Shown here one piece after another: positions 18,130 to 26,344 of a stretch of DNA of 64,000 nt. This DNA comes from an uncultured Planctomycetia bacterium (GTDB lineage: Bacteria > Omnitrophota > Gorgyraeia > 2-02-FULL-51-18 > JAGOUK01): positions 5,239-69,238 of the forward strand of contig CAYSFB010000010.1 in NCBI GenBank assembly GCA_964430735.1, read 5' to 3'. The notes beneath the pieces were generated by a model. It did no database searches, had not been told where the DNA came from, and saw only the letters and a list, made by a program, of their open reading frames with translations. The stretch's first letter is position 1; every line of letters begins with the position of its first letter. The position numbers were made by a program, and so were the translations under genes.

Positions 18130-19067
18130 CGACCCGACGCTCCGGCACGATTGTCTCGAAATTTGGTCTCAAGAACAAAGTCGGCTGCACCCACAAGAAC
18201 GCTGGTCATACTCATCAGTCCGGACATCAATCCGATCACGGCGCCCTGTTCCGCCGTGCCGCCCATCCGTGGAAGCAGAAAAACTAGGATGCCGATCCGG
18301 AGCGACCAGCCGAACAATGCCCCCGGGAGCGATTGGATGATATTTGCAAACCCACAGATCCAAAGCGCTGGAACAAATGCGAGCTTATACCCCACAGCAT
18401 CCGCGAGCACGACCAAAAACTGGGCGGAACATAAAAACTGCAATGTCATCCACCCGGCAGCGGGGGCCAACATCTTGAGTCTGATGTCCAAAAATCTCTC
18501 GTGAAGTTTTGCAAAAAAGCGAATTCTGGGGAACCACCGGACCCCCGCCGCAATCGCCGCAAGCATCGATGCGAATGCGGCCAGACACAGGACATACATT
18601 TTGGCCTCTTCTGAATTCTGCCAAACGTTTTGAGCGACCGGCCAAAGAATTACGTTCAAAGCAAGTGCCAGAATCCAAACAAGATAAGTCTCAGTGCCGA
18701 TCGAAGCCAATGCTGAACCGGCCGGAATATTCAATCGGACAGCCATGCCGCCCCATCGGGCGGCGGCCCCGAGCCAATCGGAGGCCATGCCAAAAAAGGA
18801 GGCTTGTAAATTCACCCGCACAATTTCCAAATAACGCCTGTGCATCCCAAAAGACCTCATCACCCATGCAGCTCCGGCGGCGCCGGTTAGGACGCGGCCG
18901 GCTTCAAGCAACAATGCGGCTCCCGTCCAACCCCAGCCGGTCTTTTGAAGGACTGCAGCCAATCCATTAACATCAATCCTCTTAAAAATAAGCCATATCA
19001 CAAAAGCCGCAGCCGTCCATCGCACCCCAAGAATGAGTATTCGTTTCGACGGGCCGTCAGGAAGCAT
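18126..19067 (-). CDS. Flippase-like multi-pass membrane protein (lysyl-PG synthase TM-region / UPF0104-like)
   Basis: At least eight predicted TM segments. This family is often paired with DPM1-like GT2 enzymes. The track start (19139) overlaps the next gene by 83 nt. The internal ATG (MLPDGPSKRILILG) at about 19067 cuts the overlap to 11 nt. Confidence 0.45.
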   Translation of the reverse strand: MLPDGPSKRILILGVRWTAAAFVIWLIFKRIDVNGLAAVLQKTGWGWTGAALLLEAGRVLTGAAGAAWVMRSFGMHRRYLEIVRVNLQASFFGMASDWLGAAARWGGMAVRLNIPAGSALASIGTETYLVWILALALNVILWPVAQNVWQNSEEAKMYVLCLAAFASMLAAIAAGVRWFPRIRFFAKLHERFLDIRLKMLAPAAGWMTLQFLCSAQFLVVLADAVGYKLAFVPALWICGFANIIQSLPGALFGWSLRIGILVFLLPRMGGTAEQGAVIGLMSGLMSMTSVLVGAADFVLETKFRDNRAGASGR

Positions 19068-20499
19068 AGGAGCCTGGCTTTTGCGTTGAGTGCACCAACG
19101 ACGAATTATCCGGCCTGATCCATCCGGGAATCGCCTCATGTTCGGTCACCGCCCCCGAATCCGTATCAACCTCATAGGCCGCTGCAAAACGGCCTTCGAA
19201 CCGGTCCGCGCTCTTTTCCAGAACATGGATGTCGAAACGTACCGACCGGGCGGACCGGCCCAAAGATCTGGCATATTTCACCAACTTCTTGTGAAAAAGG
19301 TCTTTTCGGTCGGGAAAATAATTCAATGTCGTAAAAAGGCAGACGAGCGTGATCGATTCAAACACCTGCTCGAAGCGCCGGCCTGTGATTTCCCAACCCT
19401 TGCCCGGATCGGACCACCGGACCCTTCGGGTCGGATCGGGCCCGGCGGACACCGTCACTTCAAAACGGGTGAGATCGCTCGAAAAGACCCGCCAGATGAT
19501 GATCCCGAACAAATTCGCGTACCCATCGAGCGCTCTTTGGATCGGAGCCGGCCAGCGGCGGCGGCCCAAATGGTTGTACCAAATGCCGGCAAAGCAGACG
19601 GGAATCAAAATGGTGTGGAGGGTAAAAACGGCTGTCAGAATCTGTTGCAGAACGGACGGTAAAGCAATGGCCGGATCCGGGATCAACTCCAAAGACCCGA
19701 TCGGACCCAGCATCTTGGAGAACGGGTCTCCGGCCGTCGCATAGAAGCATCCGATCAGAATCACCATGTGACACAGGAATCCCAACCGAATTTGGGTCAG
19801 AATAAAAACAAAGGTTGTCGCGAGCAGCAGCCCTCCCCATCCCATCGTGACCGGGAAAAACATCAGGAACGCCGCCACCACCTCAAAAAACCAGGCAGAA
19901 AAATTGAGGACTTTAAAAATGACGCTTTGGGGCCGGATCTTCGCAAAGAACCGGTGCCAATACCCCCACATCGGATTGGCCATGCCGTATTCCATTCCCG
20001 AACCGGATCCATAGCCGCTGAAAAGCTTATAAAAACCCGCGGATAGGAATATGCACGCGAAGTCGACTCTCAGCATGCGCACCGCAGCGGTCCGCAATTC
20101 GGGAGATGTTCCCGGCAGCGACGTGATCTCCATCAGCAGGACCGCGGCCGCCAGCCAGTTGGCGATAAAACCGGGCGCCCCGAACCCTCGGCTCAACGAC
20201 TTCCAGCGTTGATCGATGAAAAAATGTCGGCAGATTAAAAGGTTGATCCCGGCAGCGGCCAACGGCAGGATGCCCGCCGCCAAACTCAAGGATGTCAGAG
20301 TCCACACCGCCAACAGCGCACATGAAACGGCGGGGTTGTGCACGCGGTCTCCGGACGGTGACGCTTCGACATATCCGCCCCATGTTTCCGAGACCAGAAC
20401 GCGGCTGCGATTGCGCCACAGCGCGATCAGCCACAAACACATCAAAGTTCCGTAAGCGGACCGGACGAACGACTGAACCTGCTCCGGCAAATCCATCAT
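19057..20499 (-). CDS. Polytopic membrane protein, possibly HTTM/VKGC-like domain
   Basis: 480 aa, hydrophobic throughout, with a roughly 130-aa soluble C-terminus. The family call rests on pattern recognition only. Confidence 0.35.
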   Translation of the reverse strand: MMDLPEQVQSFVRSAYGTLMCLWLIALWRNRSRVLVSETWGGYVEASPSGDRVHNPAVSCALLAVWTLTSLSLAAGILPLAAAGINLLICRHFFIDQRWKSLSRGFGAPGFIANWLAAAVLLMEITSLPGTSPELRTAAVRMLRVDFACIFLSAGFYKLFSGYGSGSGMEYGMANPMWGYWHRFFAKIRPQSVIFKVLNFSAWFFEVVAAFLMFFPVTMGWGGLLLATTFVFILTQIRLGFLCHMVILIGCFYATAGDPFSKMLGPIGSLELIPDPAIALPSVLQQILTAVFTLHTILIPVCFAGIWYNHLGRRRWPAPIQRALDGYANLFGIIIWRVFSSDLTRFEVTVSAGPDPTRRVRWSDPGKGWEITGRRFEQVFESITLVCLFTTLNYFPDRKDLFHKKLVKYARSLGRSARSVRFDIHVLEKSADRFEGRFAAAYEVDTDSGAVTEHEAIPGWIRPDNSSLVHSTQKPGSYAS

Positions 20500-20512
20500 G
20501 AGCGCGGGAACA

Positions 20513-21652
20513 TCACGATCCGTGTTGCTTCAGCAGATCGCGTAGAGCGCGAACCACGGCCGTCTGATCAGCGGGCTTCATCGACGGGTAGAACGGCAGA
20601 GAGATCGCTTCTTCTCCGAACCGTTCGGCCTCCGGAAAATCTCCGACTCTGAACCCGTATTTTTTCCTGAAGTAGGAAGTCAGATGGACCGGCCGGTAAT
20701 TGACGACTGTGGCGATCCCGCGTTGCTGCAGCCCTTGCACAATCCGGTCCCGCAGACCGGCCTGCACCCGGATGACGAACAAATGCCGGGCATGGCGCGT
20801 GTGTGGGCGCAGAACGGGAAGCCGAACACCTTCCATGTCCCGCAGAAGCCCGATATAACGCTCTGCGAGCGAGGTGCGTGTGCGGTGGGTCCGGTCAAGC
20901 CGCTCCAGCTGCGGCAGAAGCAGCGCGGCCTGAAGGTTGTCCATATTGTACTTCCAACCGAAGGTCACCATGTCCCAGTGGGTGTACCCTTCTTTCTGCC
21001 GATCGGAGGCCGTTTTGTTCATCCCATGATGACGAAGGAGCTTGAGTTTTTGACGAAGACTTTCGCTGTCGGTGACAACCGCACCGCCTTCACCCGACGT
21101 CAGATTCTTCGTGGCATAAAAGCTGAAGCAGGCCGCGTCGGAGAGCTGGCCGGGCCTCACGCCGTCCCGCTCGCCCTCGACGCAATGGGCCGCATCTTCG
21201 ACGACCGACAACCGATGCCTTCGGGCCATGAGGCGCAGCGCGCGCATGTCGCACATCTGTCCGTAAAGATGGACGGGGAGGACGGCCTTGGTTTTGCGTG
21301 TAACGGCCGATGGGATCTTGGAAACATCCAGATTACCGGTGTCCGGTTCGACGTCGCAAAAAACCGGCTTGGCTCCGGCCTGCAGAATGGCCGTGGCGGT
21401 CGCAATGAAGGTAAGTGGGGTCGTGATGACCTCATCCCCGGGGCCGACGCCGAGGGCTTCCAATGCGATATGGAGCCCCCCGGTGCAGCTGGTGACGCCA
21501 ATACCATGTTTGCGGCCCAGCCACGATGCGAATTTGGCTTCAAATTCCGCGACCGTGTCGCCCGTCGTCAGAATCGGCCCCGCCAACACGCGGGCAAACG
21601 ACCGGAGCTCTTTCGCCCCTAGATCATGGCGATAAAAGGGAATCTGTTTCAT
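20513..21652 (-). CDS. DegT/DnrJ/EryC1/StrS-family PLP-dependent sugar aminotransferase, copy 1
   Basis: Fold-type I aminotransferase of the sugar aminotransferase (SAT) family. The protein is 379 aa. Confidence 0.85.
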   Translation of the reverse strand: MKQIPFYRHDLGAKELRSFARVLAGPILTTGDTVAEFEAKFASWLGRKHGIGVTSCTGGLHIALEALGVGPGDEVITTPLTFIATATAILQAGAKPVFCDVEPDTGNLDVSKIPSAVTRKTKAVLPVHLYGQMCDMRALRLMARRHRLSVVEDAAHCVEGERDGVRPGQLSDAACFSFYATKNLTSGEGGAVVTDSESLRQKLKLLRHHGMNKTASDRQKEGYTHWDMVTFGWKYNMDNLQAALLLPQLERLDRTHRTRTSLAERYIGLLRDMEGVRLPVLRPHTRHARHLFVIRVQAGLRDRIVQGLQQRGIATVVNYRPVHLTSYFRKKYGFRVGDFPEAERFGEEAISLPFYPSMKPADQTAVVRALRDLLKQHGS

Positions 21653-21656
21653 CGGA

Positions 21657-22682
21657 TCAATGCATCGCCTTGCGGCCCGACGCGTCGATCACGGGCACAT
21701 GCCGCAACCAGACCTGGGACCGCCACCAGGATTCGTTCTGACTGTACCAGTCGATCGTCTTCTTCAAGCCTTCCTCGAAGCCGGTCCGCGGCTTCCACCC
21801 CAAAACCCGATGAGCGTGCCGGGCATCGCACGTGTGGCGGAAGACCTGGCCGGGCCGATCTCCGATCAGTTCGATGGGCGAATTGCTGTTCATGGTCTTT
21901 TTGATGACTTGGGCAAGCTCCAGGATCGAAATGTGGCGGCCGGAACCCAAATTGAGCACCTGACCCGCGACCTTACGAACCGGAGCATGGATCACCTTGT
22001 CCAACGCCTCACAGTGATCTCCCACGTAAAAAAAGTCGCGGGCCGCACCTCCGTCGCCATGAACCCTTAAAGGTTCGCCGAGAATGCAGCTCGTAATGAA
22101 GCGCGGGATCACTTTTTCCAAATGCTGGTTGGGTCCGTAATTATTGAACGGGCGGATGATGACCGTTGGAATCCGGTACGTCTGATAATACGAGTAGATC
22201 AGCCGATCCGCCCCGCATTTGGCGGCAGCATAGGGACTCATCGGGTTGAGAGAGTGATTCTCGTCCATTTTTTTGGAATCGGCGGTTCCGTAGACTTCGG
22301 ATGTCGAGATATGGACAAAACGTTCGATCCGGTTGCGGTAGCGGATGGCGGCGTTGGCTAAAAATTGCGTGCCGATCACGTCGGTTTGAAAAAAATCCGT
22401 GTTGTCATAGATCGACCGCGTCACATGGGACTCTGCCGCGAGATGGACGATGATATCCGACTGGGAAACGACCGAATCGACGAAGCTGCCGTTGCAGATG
22501 TTGCCGTGACGGAATTCGAACCGGGAGGAATTGAAAATATCCTGAGGGATGTTACCCAGGTTGCCCGCGTACGTAAGCGCGTCCAGTACGATGATCCGAT
22601 ACTTGGGATACTTGTAAAACAGGTGCCGGACAAGGTTGCTTCCGATGAATCCGGCGCCGCCGGTGATGCAGATGGTTTTCAT
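21657..22682 (-). CDS. rmlB: dTDP-glucose 4,6-dehydratase family (RmlB-like NDP-sugar 4,6-dehydratase)
   Basis: Aligns along its length with E. coli RmlB: TGGAGFIGSNLVRHL, HLAAESHV and NNYGPNQHLEKVIP. Confidence 0.7.
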   Translation of the reverse strand: MKTICITGGAGFIGSNLVRHLFYKYPKYRIIVLDALTYAGNLGNIPQDIFNSSRFEFRHGNICNGSFVDSVVSQSDIIVHLAAESHVTRSIYDNTDFFQTDVIGTQFLANAAIRYRNRIERFVHISTSEVYGTADSKKMDENHSLNPMSPYAAAKCGADRLIYSYYQTYRIPTVIIRPFNNYGPNQHLEKVIPRFITSCILGEPLRVHGDGGAARDFFYVGDHCEALDKVIHAPVRKVAGQVLNLGSGRHISILELAQVIKKTMNSNSPIELIGDRPGQVFRHTCDARHAHRVLGWKPRTGFEEGLKKTIDWYSQNESWWRSQVWLRHVPVIDASGRKAMH

Positions 22683-22727
22683 TTGGCTCCTGGTATCTCC
22701 TGTGATTTTCTTAAAGTCTGCGTCAGA

Positions 22728-23309
22728 TCAAATACTTTCGAGAGTCCGGATCATCGCCTCTCCACGGCCTTCGTGTATCCGGGCCGGCACTCCCGCGGCC
22801 AACGCGCCGCTCGGCACGTCTTTTGAAACGACCGCATTCGCAGCAATGACCGCACGGTCGCCGATACGGATCCCGCCGATGACCACAGCATGAGCAAAAA
22901 AGAAACAACGGTCGCCGATTCGGGGAAACGCATGGATTTCGTCGGCAGTCCAGGATCGCACCCCGAACGTCACGCCCTGATATAAAGTCGCTCCGGAGCC
23001 GATCACCGTGCCGCGTCCAATCACGATGCCGGAAGGGTGGGTGATCAAAAGGCCGGGCCCGATCCGGGCATTGAATTCAATCTCGGCACCGGTGCGGCGT
23101 TGATTGCTTCTCGCCAGCCACCAGGCGATATACGTCCATCCTTTTTCATGAAAAGCATGGGCGATGCGATGCATTAGAACCGCTTTAAAACCGGATTTAA
23201 ACAGCAAGCTTTCCCAAAAGATTTTGGCGGCGGAATACTTTTGACCCCGGAGCCGGTAGGTTTCCGCATAGCGGTCCAGGTCGCTTTGAATCAGCTTGAT
23301 GAGGGTCAT
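22728..23309 (-). CDS. Left-handed beta-helix (hexapeptide) acyltransferase, serine-acetyltransferase-like sugar O-acetyltransferase
   Basis: Hexapeptide repeats are visible (IGRGTVIGSGATLYQGVTFG...IGDRCFFFAHAVVIGGIRIGDRAVIAANAVV), preceded by a CysE-like N-terminal helical domain. Confidence 0.7.
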   Translation of the reverse strand: MTLIKLIQSDLDRYAETYRLRGQKYSAAKIFWESLLFKSGFKAVLMHRIAHAFHEKGWTYIAWWLARSNQRRTGAEIEFNARIGPGLLITHPSGIVIGRGTVIGSGATLYQGVTFGVRSWTADEIHAFPRIGDRCFFFAHAVVIGGIRIGDRAVIAANAVVSKDVPSGALAAGVPARIHEGRGEAMIRTLESI

Positions 23310-24025
23310 GAGGGCTGAGTGGATCCTTTGAAGCTTTTCATAAAGCGGGGTGCGTCAGCGCCTTCGTTGAAAATCAGATCTAGAATGCTGACGGAATGCT
23401 CGAACGGCGAAAAGAGCTGCTTATATTCGGGATATCCGGAATAGTCCATGTAACTCACGCGGATCCCTTCTTTTTCAAACAGACTCTCGTCCAAATATGC
23501 CTTGGCGGCAGGACCCGATAAATAGTGTGAAGCGCCGACGTCCTGACAGAGCCGGACCAAACGTTCCGTCTTTCCACCCCGAAGCTCATAATCCATCGAG
23601 CGCGTGATCCGGGTTTTGATTCCGAGAACCGAACAGATCTCGGCGATGAACTTCTGATTGATCACACTCAACGAATCTTCCGCGCATTCGAGATAAAGCG
23701 GCTCAAAACGGCCTCGGTATTCCTTAAAATACCTGGCCTTCGAATAGTTCTGGCAGATCGACTTCCAATGTTTCACCGCCCAGCCCGGCTGGCTCACCTT
23801 CGCTTCGCGGATTTTTTGGCCAAAATGGTTCGTGACCGGAATCGTCAGCCACCGGGGTCCGTCGGGCGTCTGGATCCGGTTCCGGTTCCGCCAGTCGTTC
23901 ACAGTATACTGAGCGTCATCGTAAAATATGAACTCATCGACGGACTTAATGAGATCGAAATACCCCTTCCACGGAATGTAATTCGATTGAAGAATCGCCG
24001 CTTTGCGAGGGGTCATTGAGGGCAA
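23306..24025 (-). CDS. WbqC-like family protein (unknown function, common in O-antigen loci)
   Basis: 239 aa. The N-terminus AILQSNYIPWKGYFDLI recalls the WbqC family. Assigned from memory, with no enzymatic motif to confirm it. Confidence 0.45.
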   Translation of the reverse strand: MPSMTPRKAAILQSNYIPWKGYFDLIKSVDEFIFYDDAQYTVNDWRNRNRIQTPDGPRWLTIPVTNHFGQKIREAKVSQPGWAVKHWKSICQNYSKARYFKEYRGRFEPLYLECAEDSLSVINQKFIAEICSVLGIKTRITRSMDYELRGGKTERLVRLCQDVGASHYLSGPAAKAYLDESLFEKEGIRVSYMDYSGYPEYKQLFSPFEHSVSILDLIFNEGADAPRFMKSFKGSTQPS

Positions 24026-24040
24026 TTATACCATGCGATC

Positions 24041-24733
24041 TTAAGCGCTTTTCGGCAGTTCCGGCACCGGCGCGACGCAGCCGGAATCGTCGTTCTGCGG
24101 ATCGTTGACCCGGGTCGAAACGGGCTGGATCTCCCACGGCAATTCCTGCGACCCAGCCAGCAATCCGGCCGTTTGCGTGGGCGCGCTGATCCGCGGATCG
24201 AGCCACGCCGCCCGGGCCTCAGGCGGGATGATCACCGGCATCCGTTCGTGGATCGCGCGGACAGGGCCGAGCGCCTCCCGCGTGAGAATGGCGCAGGTGC
24301 GGATCTGGCCACCGTCGCCGTCGCTCCAATCCGACCAAATCCCGGCCATCGTGAAGGGCTGGCCTGATTTTTCCTTAAAGTAATACGGCTGCTTGTGCAA
24401 ACCTGCTTTTTTCCATTCGTAGTACCCGTCCGCCGGGATGAGACAGCGGTGGTGGAGCATCGAGGCCTTGAAGCTGGGCTTTTCGAGGACGGTCTCGGAG
24501 CGTGCGTTGATGAGCCGGGCGCCGATGGCCGGGTCTTTGGACCAGGATGGGATGAGGCCCCAGATCGCATGGTCGAGCCGACGGCCGGCCGAAGGTCCGG
24601 CGACGACCATCGCGATCGGCTGGGATGGCGCGATGTTGAATCGCGCGACCAACCGGGCGGCTTCGGCCTTCGGGACTCCGAATTCCCTGCTCAAAACGTC
24701 CGGAGATGCATGAAGTGAATAGCGGCCGCACAT
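24041..24733 (-). CDS. SOS-response-associated peptidase (SRAP; YedK/HMCES family abasic-site sensor)
   Basis: MCGRY at the N-terminus provides the catalytic Cys2 that forms the thiazolidine crosslink. YYEWK and the conserved His are also present. Confidence 0.75.
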   Translation of the reverse strand: MCGRYSLHASPDVLSREFGVPKAEAARLVARFNIAPSQPIAMVVAGPSAGRRLDHAIWGLIPSWSKDPAIGARLINARSETVLEKPSFKASMLHHRCLIPADGYYEWKKAGLHKQPYYFKEKSGQPFTMAGIWSDWSDGDGGQIRTCAILTREALGPVRAIHERMPVIIPPEARAAWLDPRISAPTQTAGLLAGSQELPWEIQPVSTRVNDPQNDDSGCVAPVPELPKSA

Positions 24734-24742
24734 AAATCAGGT

Positions 24743-24762
24743 TATAATCAATTTTTAAGGAG
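24743..24762 (+). promoter_or_regulatory. -10 box TATAAT plus AAGGAG Shine-Dalgarno ahead of a small plus-strand ORF
   Basis: TATAAT at 24743-24748. AAGGAG at 24757-24762, 8 nt before the GTG at 24771. The divergent SRAP start is only 37 nt away. Confidence 0.3.
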
Positions 24763-24770
24763 AACCGTTG

Positions 24771-24933
24771 GTGAAAAATTTTGTTTTGGCCATCGCCTAC
24801 ATCGACCCCGGTTCGGGAAGCCATTTGTTCCAGGTGCTGATCGCGGGGTTACTCGCCGCGCTTTATGGTATCAAGGTTTATTGGCTTCGGATCACGGGAT
24901 TCGTAAAACAATTTTTTAAGAAATCCAAAGGTT
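24771..24933 (+). CDS. Small hydrophobic protein (about 54 aa), unannotated in track
   Basis: VKNFVLAIAYIDPGSGSHLFQVLIAGLLAALYGIKVYWLRITGFVKQFFKKSKG. A strong SD precedes it. Its stop overlaps the start of the next gene. Confidence 0.4.
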
Positions 24934-26344
24934 GACGGGTTTGACGGCGTTCGTAAACGGCGCTCGGGACCTTCCCGCCTCTTTCCGCGACCGCGACGGC
25001 CGGCTCTTTACCGAATCCGGCGTGCTTTACCGCCGCGTCCATCCTTCGTACGAGCCTCACTATGCCCAGCTGATGAGTTCCGGCTTGTACCGCAAGCTGA
25101 CGGACGAAAAACAGCTGGTCGCACATGAAGAATGTCCGGTCCCGCCGGATCTGGCCGGCGTCGCCTCCCGCGTCCTGCGTCCGTTCCGGCTTCCGGTCAT
25201 CTCCTATCCTTTCGAATGGTGTTTCGACCAGCTCAAGGACGCCGCGCTGCTCACCCTCCAGATCCAAAAGACGGCTTTGGCACACGGCATGACGCTCAAA
25301 GATGCCAGCGCCTACAACGTCCAGTTCCACGAAGGCCGGCCGGTCTTCATCGACACCCTTTCGTTCCAAACGCACGTCGACGGAGATTCGTGGGCGGCGT
25401 ACCGGCAGTTCTGCCGTCATTTTTTGGCGCCGCTGGCGCTGATGAGCTATCGCGGTGCGGAACACGGACGGCTGCTCAGGGCGGATCTGGAAGGCTTGTC
25501 GCTGGGTCTAGCGAGCGCCGCGCTGCCGTGGACGTCCCGGCTCAACCTGCATCTTTTGCTCCATCTGCATGCTCACGCGGATTCCGAACGCGCGGCAGGA
25601 GCGTCGGCGCCTGCGCGGCCGGGCGCCTCCGCTTCGATGACCCGTTCCGCGCTTCTCGCCCTGGTCGAGAGCCTGCAAAACGCGGTCCGCGGACTGCGGC
25701 TCAAAAATACCCGGAACGTATGGACGCGGTATTACGGTCAAACCCACAACTACGCGGACGCGGGACTCGAAGAAAAAGAAGCGGCGGTCAAAAATCTTTT
25801 GGACCGCATCTCCTTCTCCAAAGTCTGGGATATCGGGGCCAACACCGGACGGTTCAGCCGCTTGTGCGCGGAGCGCTCGGCGCTGACCCTCGCGCTCGAC
25901 AGCGACCCCGAATGCGTCAACGAGCTCTATACCGGCTTGCGCTCCGAAGCGAACCCGTTCTTGTTTCCGCTGGTGTATGACGCAGCCGATCCATCGCCCG
26001 CGATGGGCTGGGCGCTCGAGGAACGGGATTCGCTCGAAGCGCGCTTCCGGCCGGAGCTCATCCTCGCTTTGGCGCTGGTGCACCACCTCGTAATCGGGCG
26101 CAACCTCACCTGGGAACAGCTCGCCGGGCGCTGGAGCCGGACGGCGAAGCATCTGATCGTGGAATTCGTGCCCAAATCGGATTCACAGATCGCCCGGCTT
26201 CTGGCGCACCGCAAGGACGTCTTCACGGATTACGACGAGCCGTCGTTCCTGGCGGCCTTCGGCGGACATTACCGGATCGAAGCGTCCGCCGCCATCCAGC
26301 CGAACGGCCGGAAGCTTTTTCTCATGACTTCGCGCCATGAATAA
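24932..26344 (+). CDS. Two-domain protein: N-terminal protein-kinase-like fold plus C-terminal class I SAM methyltransferase
   Basis: A kinase-like catalytic-loop / DFG-like pattern (LKDASAYNVQFHEGRPVFIDTLSF) sits in the N-terminal 200 aa. The MTase motif I VWDIGANTGRFS lies in the C-terminal half. Confidence 0.5.
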   Translation: MTGLTAFVNGARDLPASFRDRDGRLFTESGVLYRRVHPSYEPHYAQLMSSGLYRKLTDEKQLVAHEECPVPPDLAGVASRVLRPFRLPVISYPFEWCFDQLKDAALLTLQIQKTALAHGMTLKDASAYNVQFHEGRPVFIDTLSFQTHVDGDSWAAYRQFCRHFLAPLALMSYRGAEHGRLLRADLEGLSLGLASAALPWTSRLNLHLLLHLHAHADSERAAGASAPARPGASASMTRSALLALVESLQNAVRGLRLKNTRNVWTRYYGQTHNYADAGLEEKEAAVKNLLDRISFSKVWDIGANTGRFSRLCAERSALTLALDSDPECVNELYTGLRSEANPFLFPLVYDAADPSPAMGWALEERDSLEARFRPELILALALVHHLVIGRNLTWEQLAGRWSRTAKHLIVEFVPKSDSQIARLLAHRKDVFTDYDEPSFLAAFGGHYRIEASAAIQPNGRKLFLMTSRHE

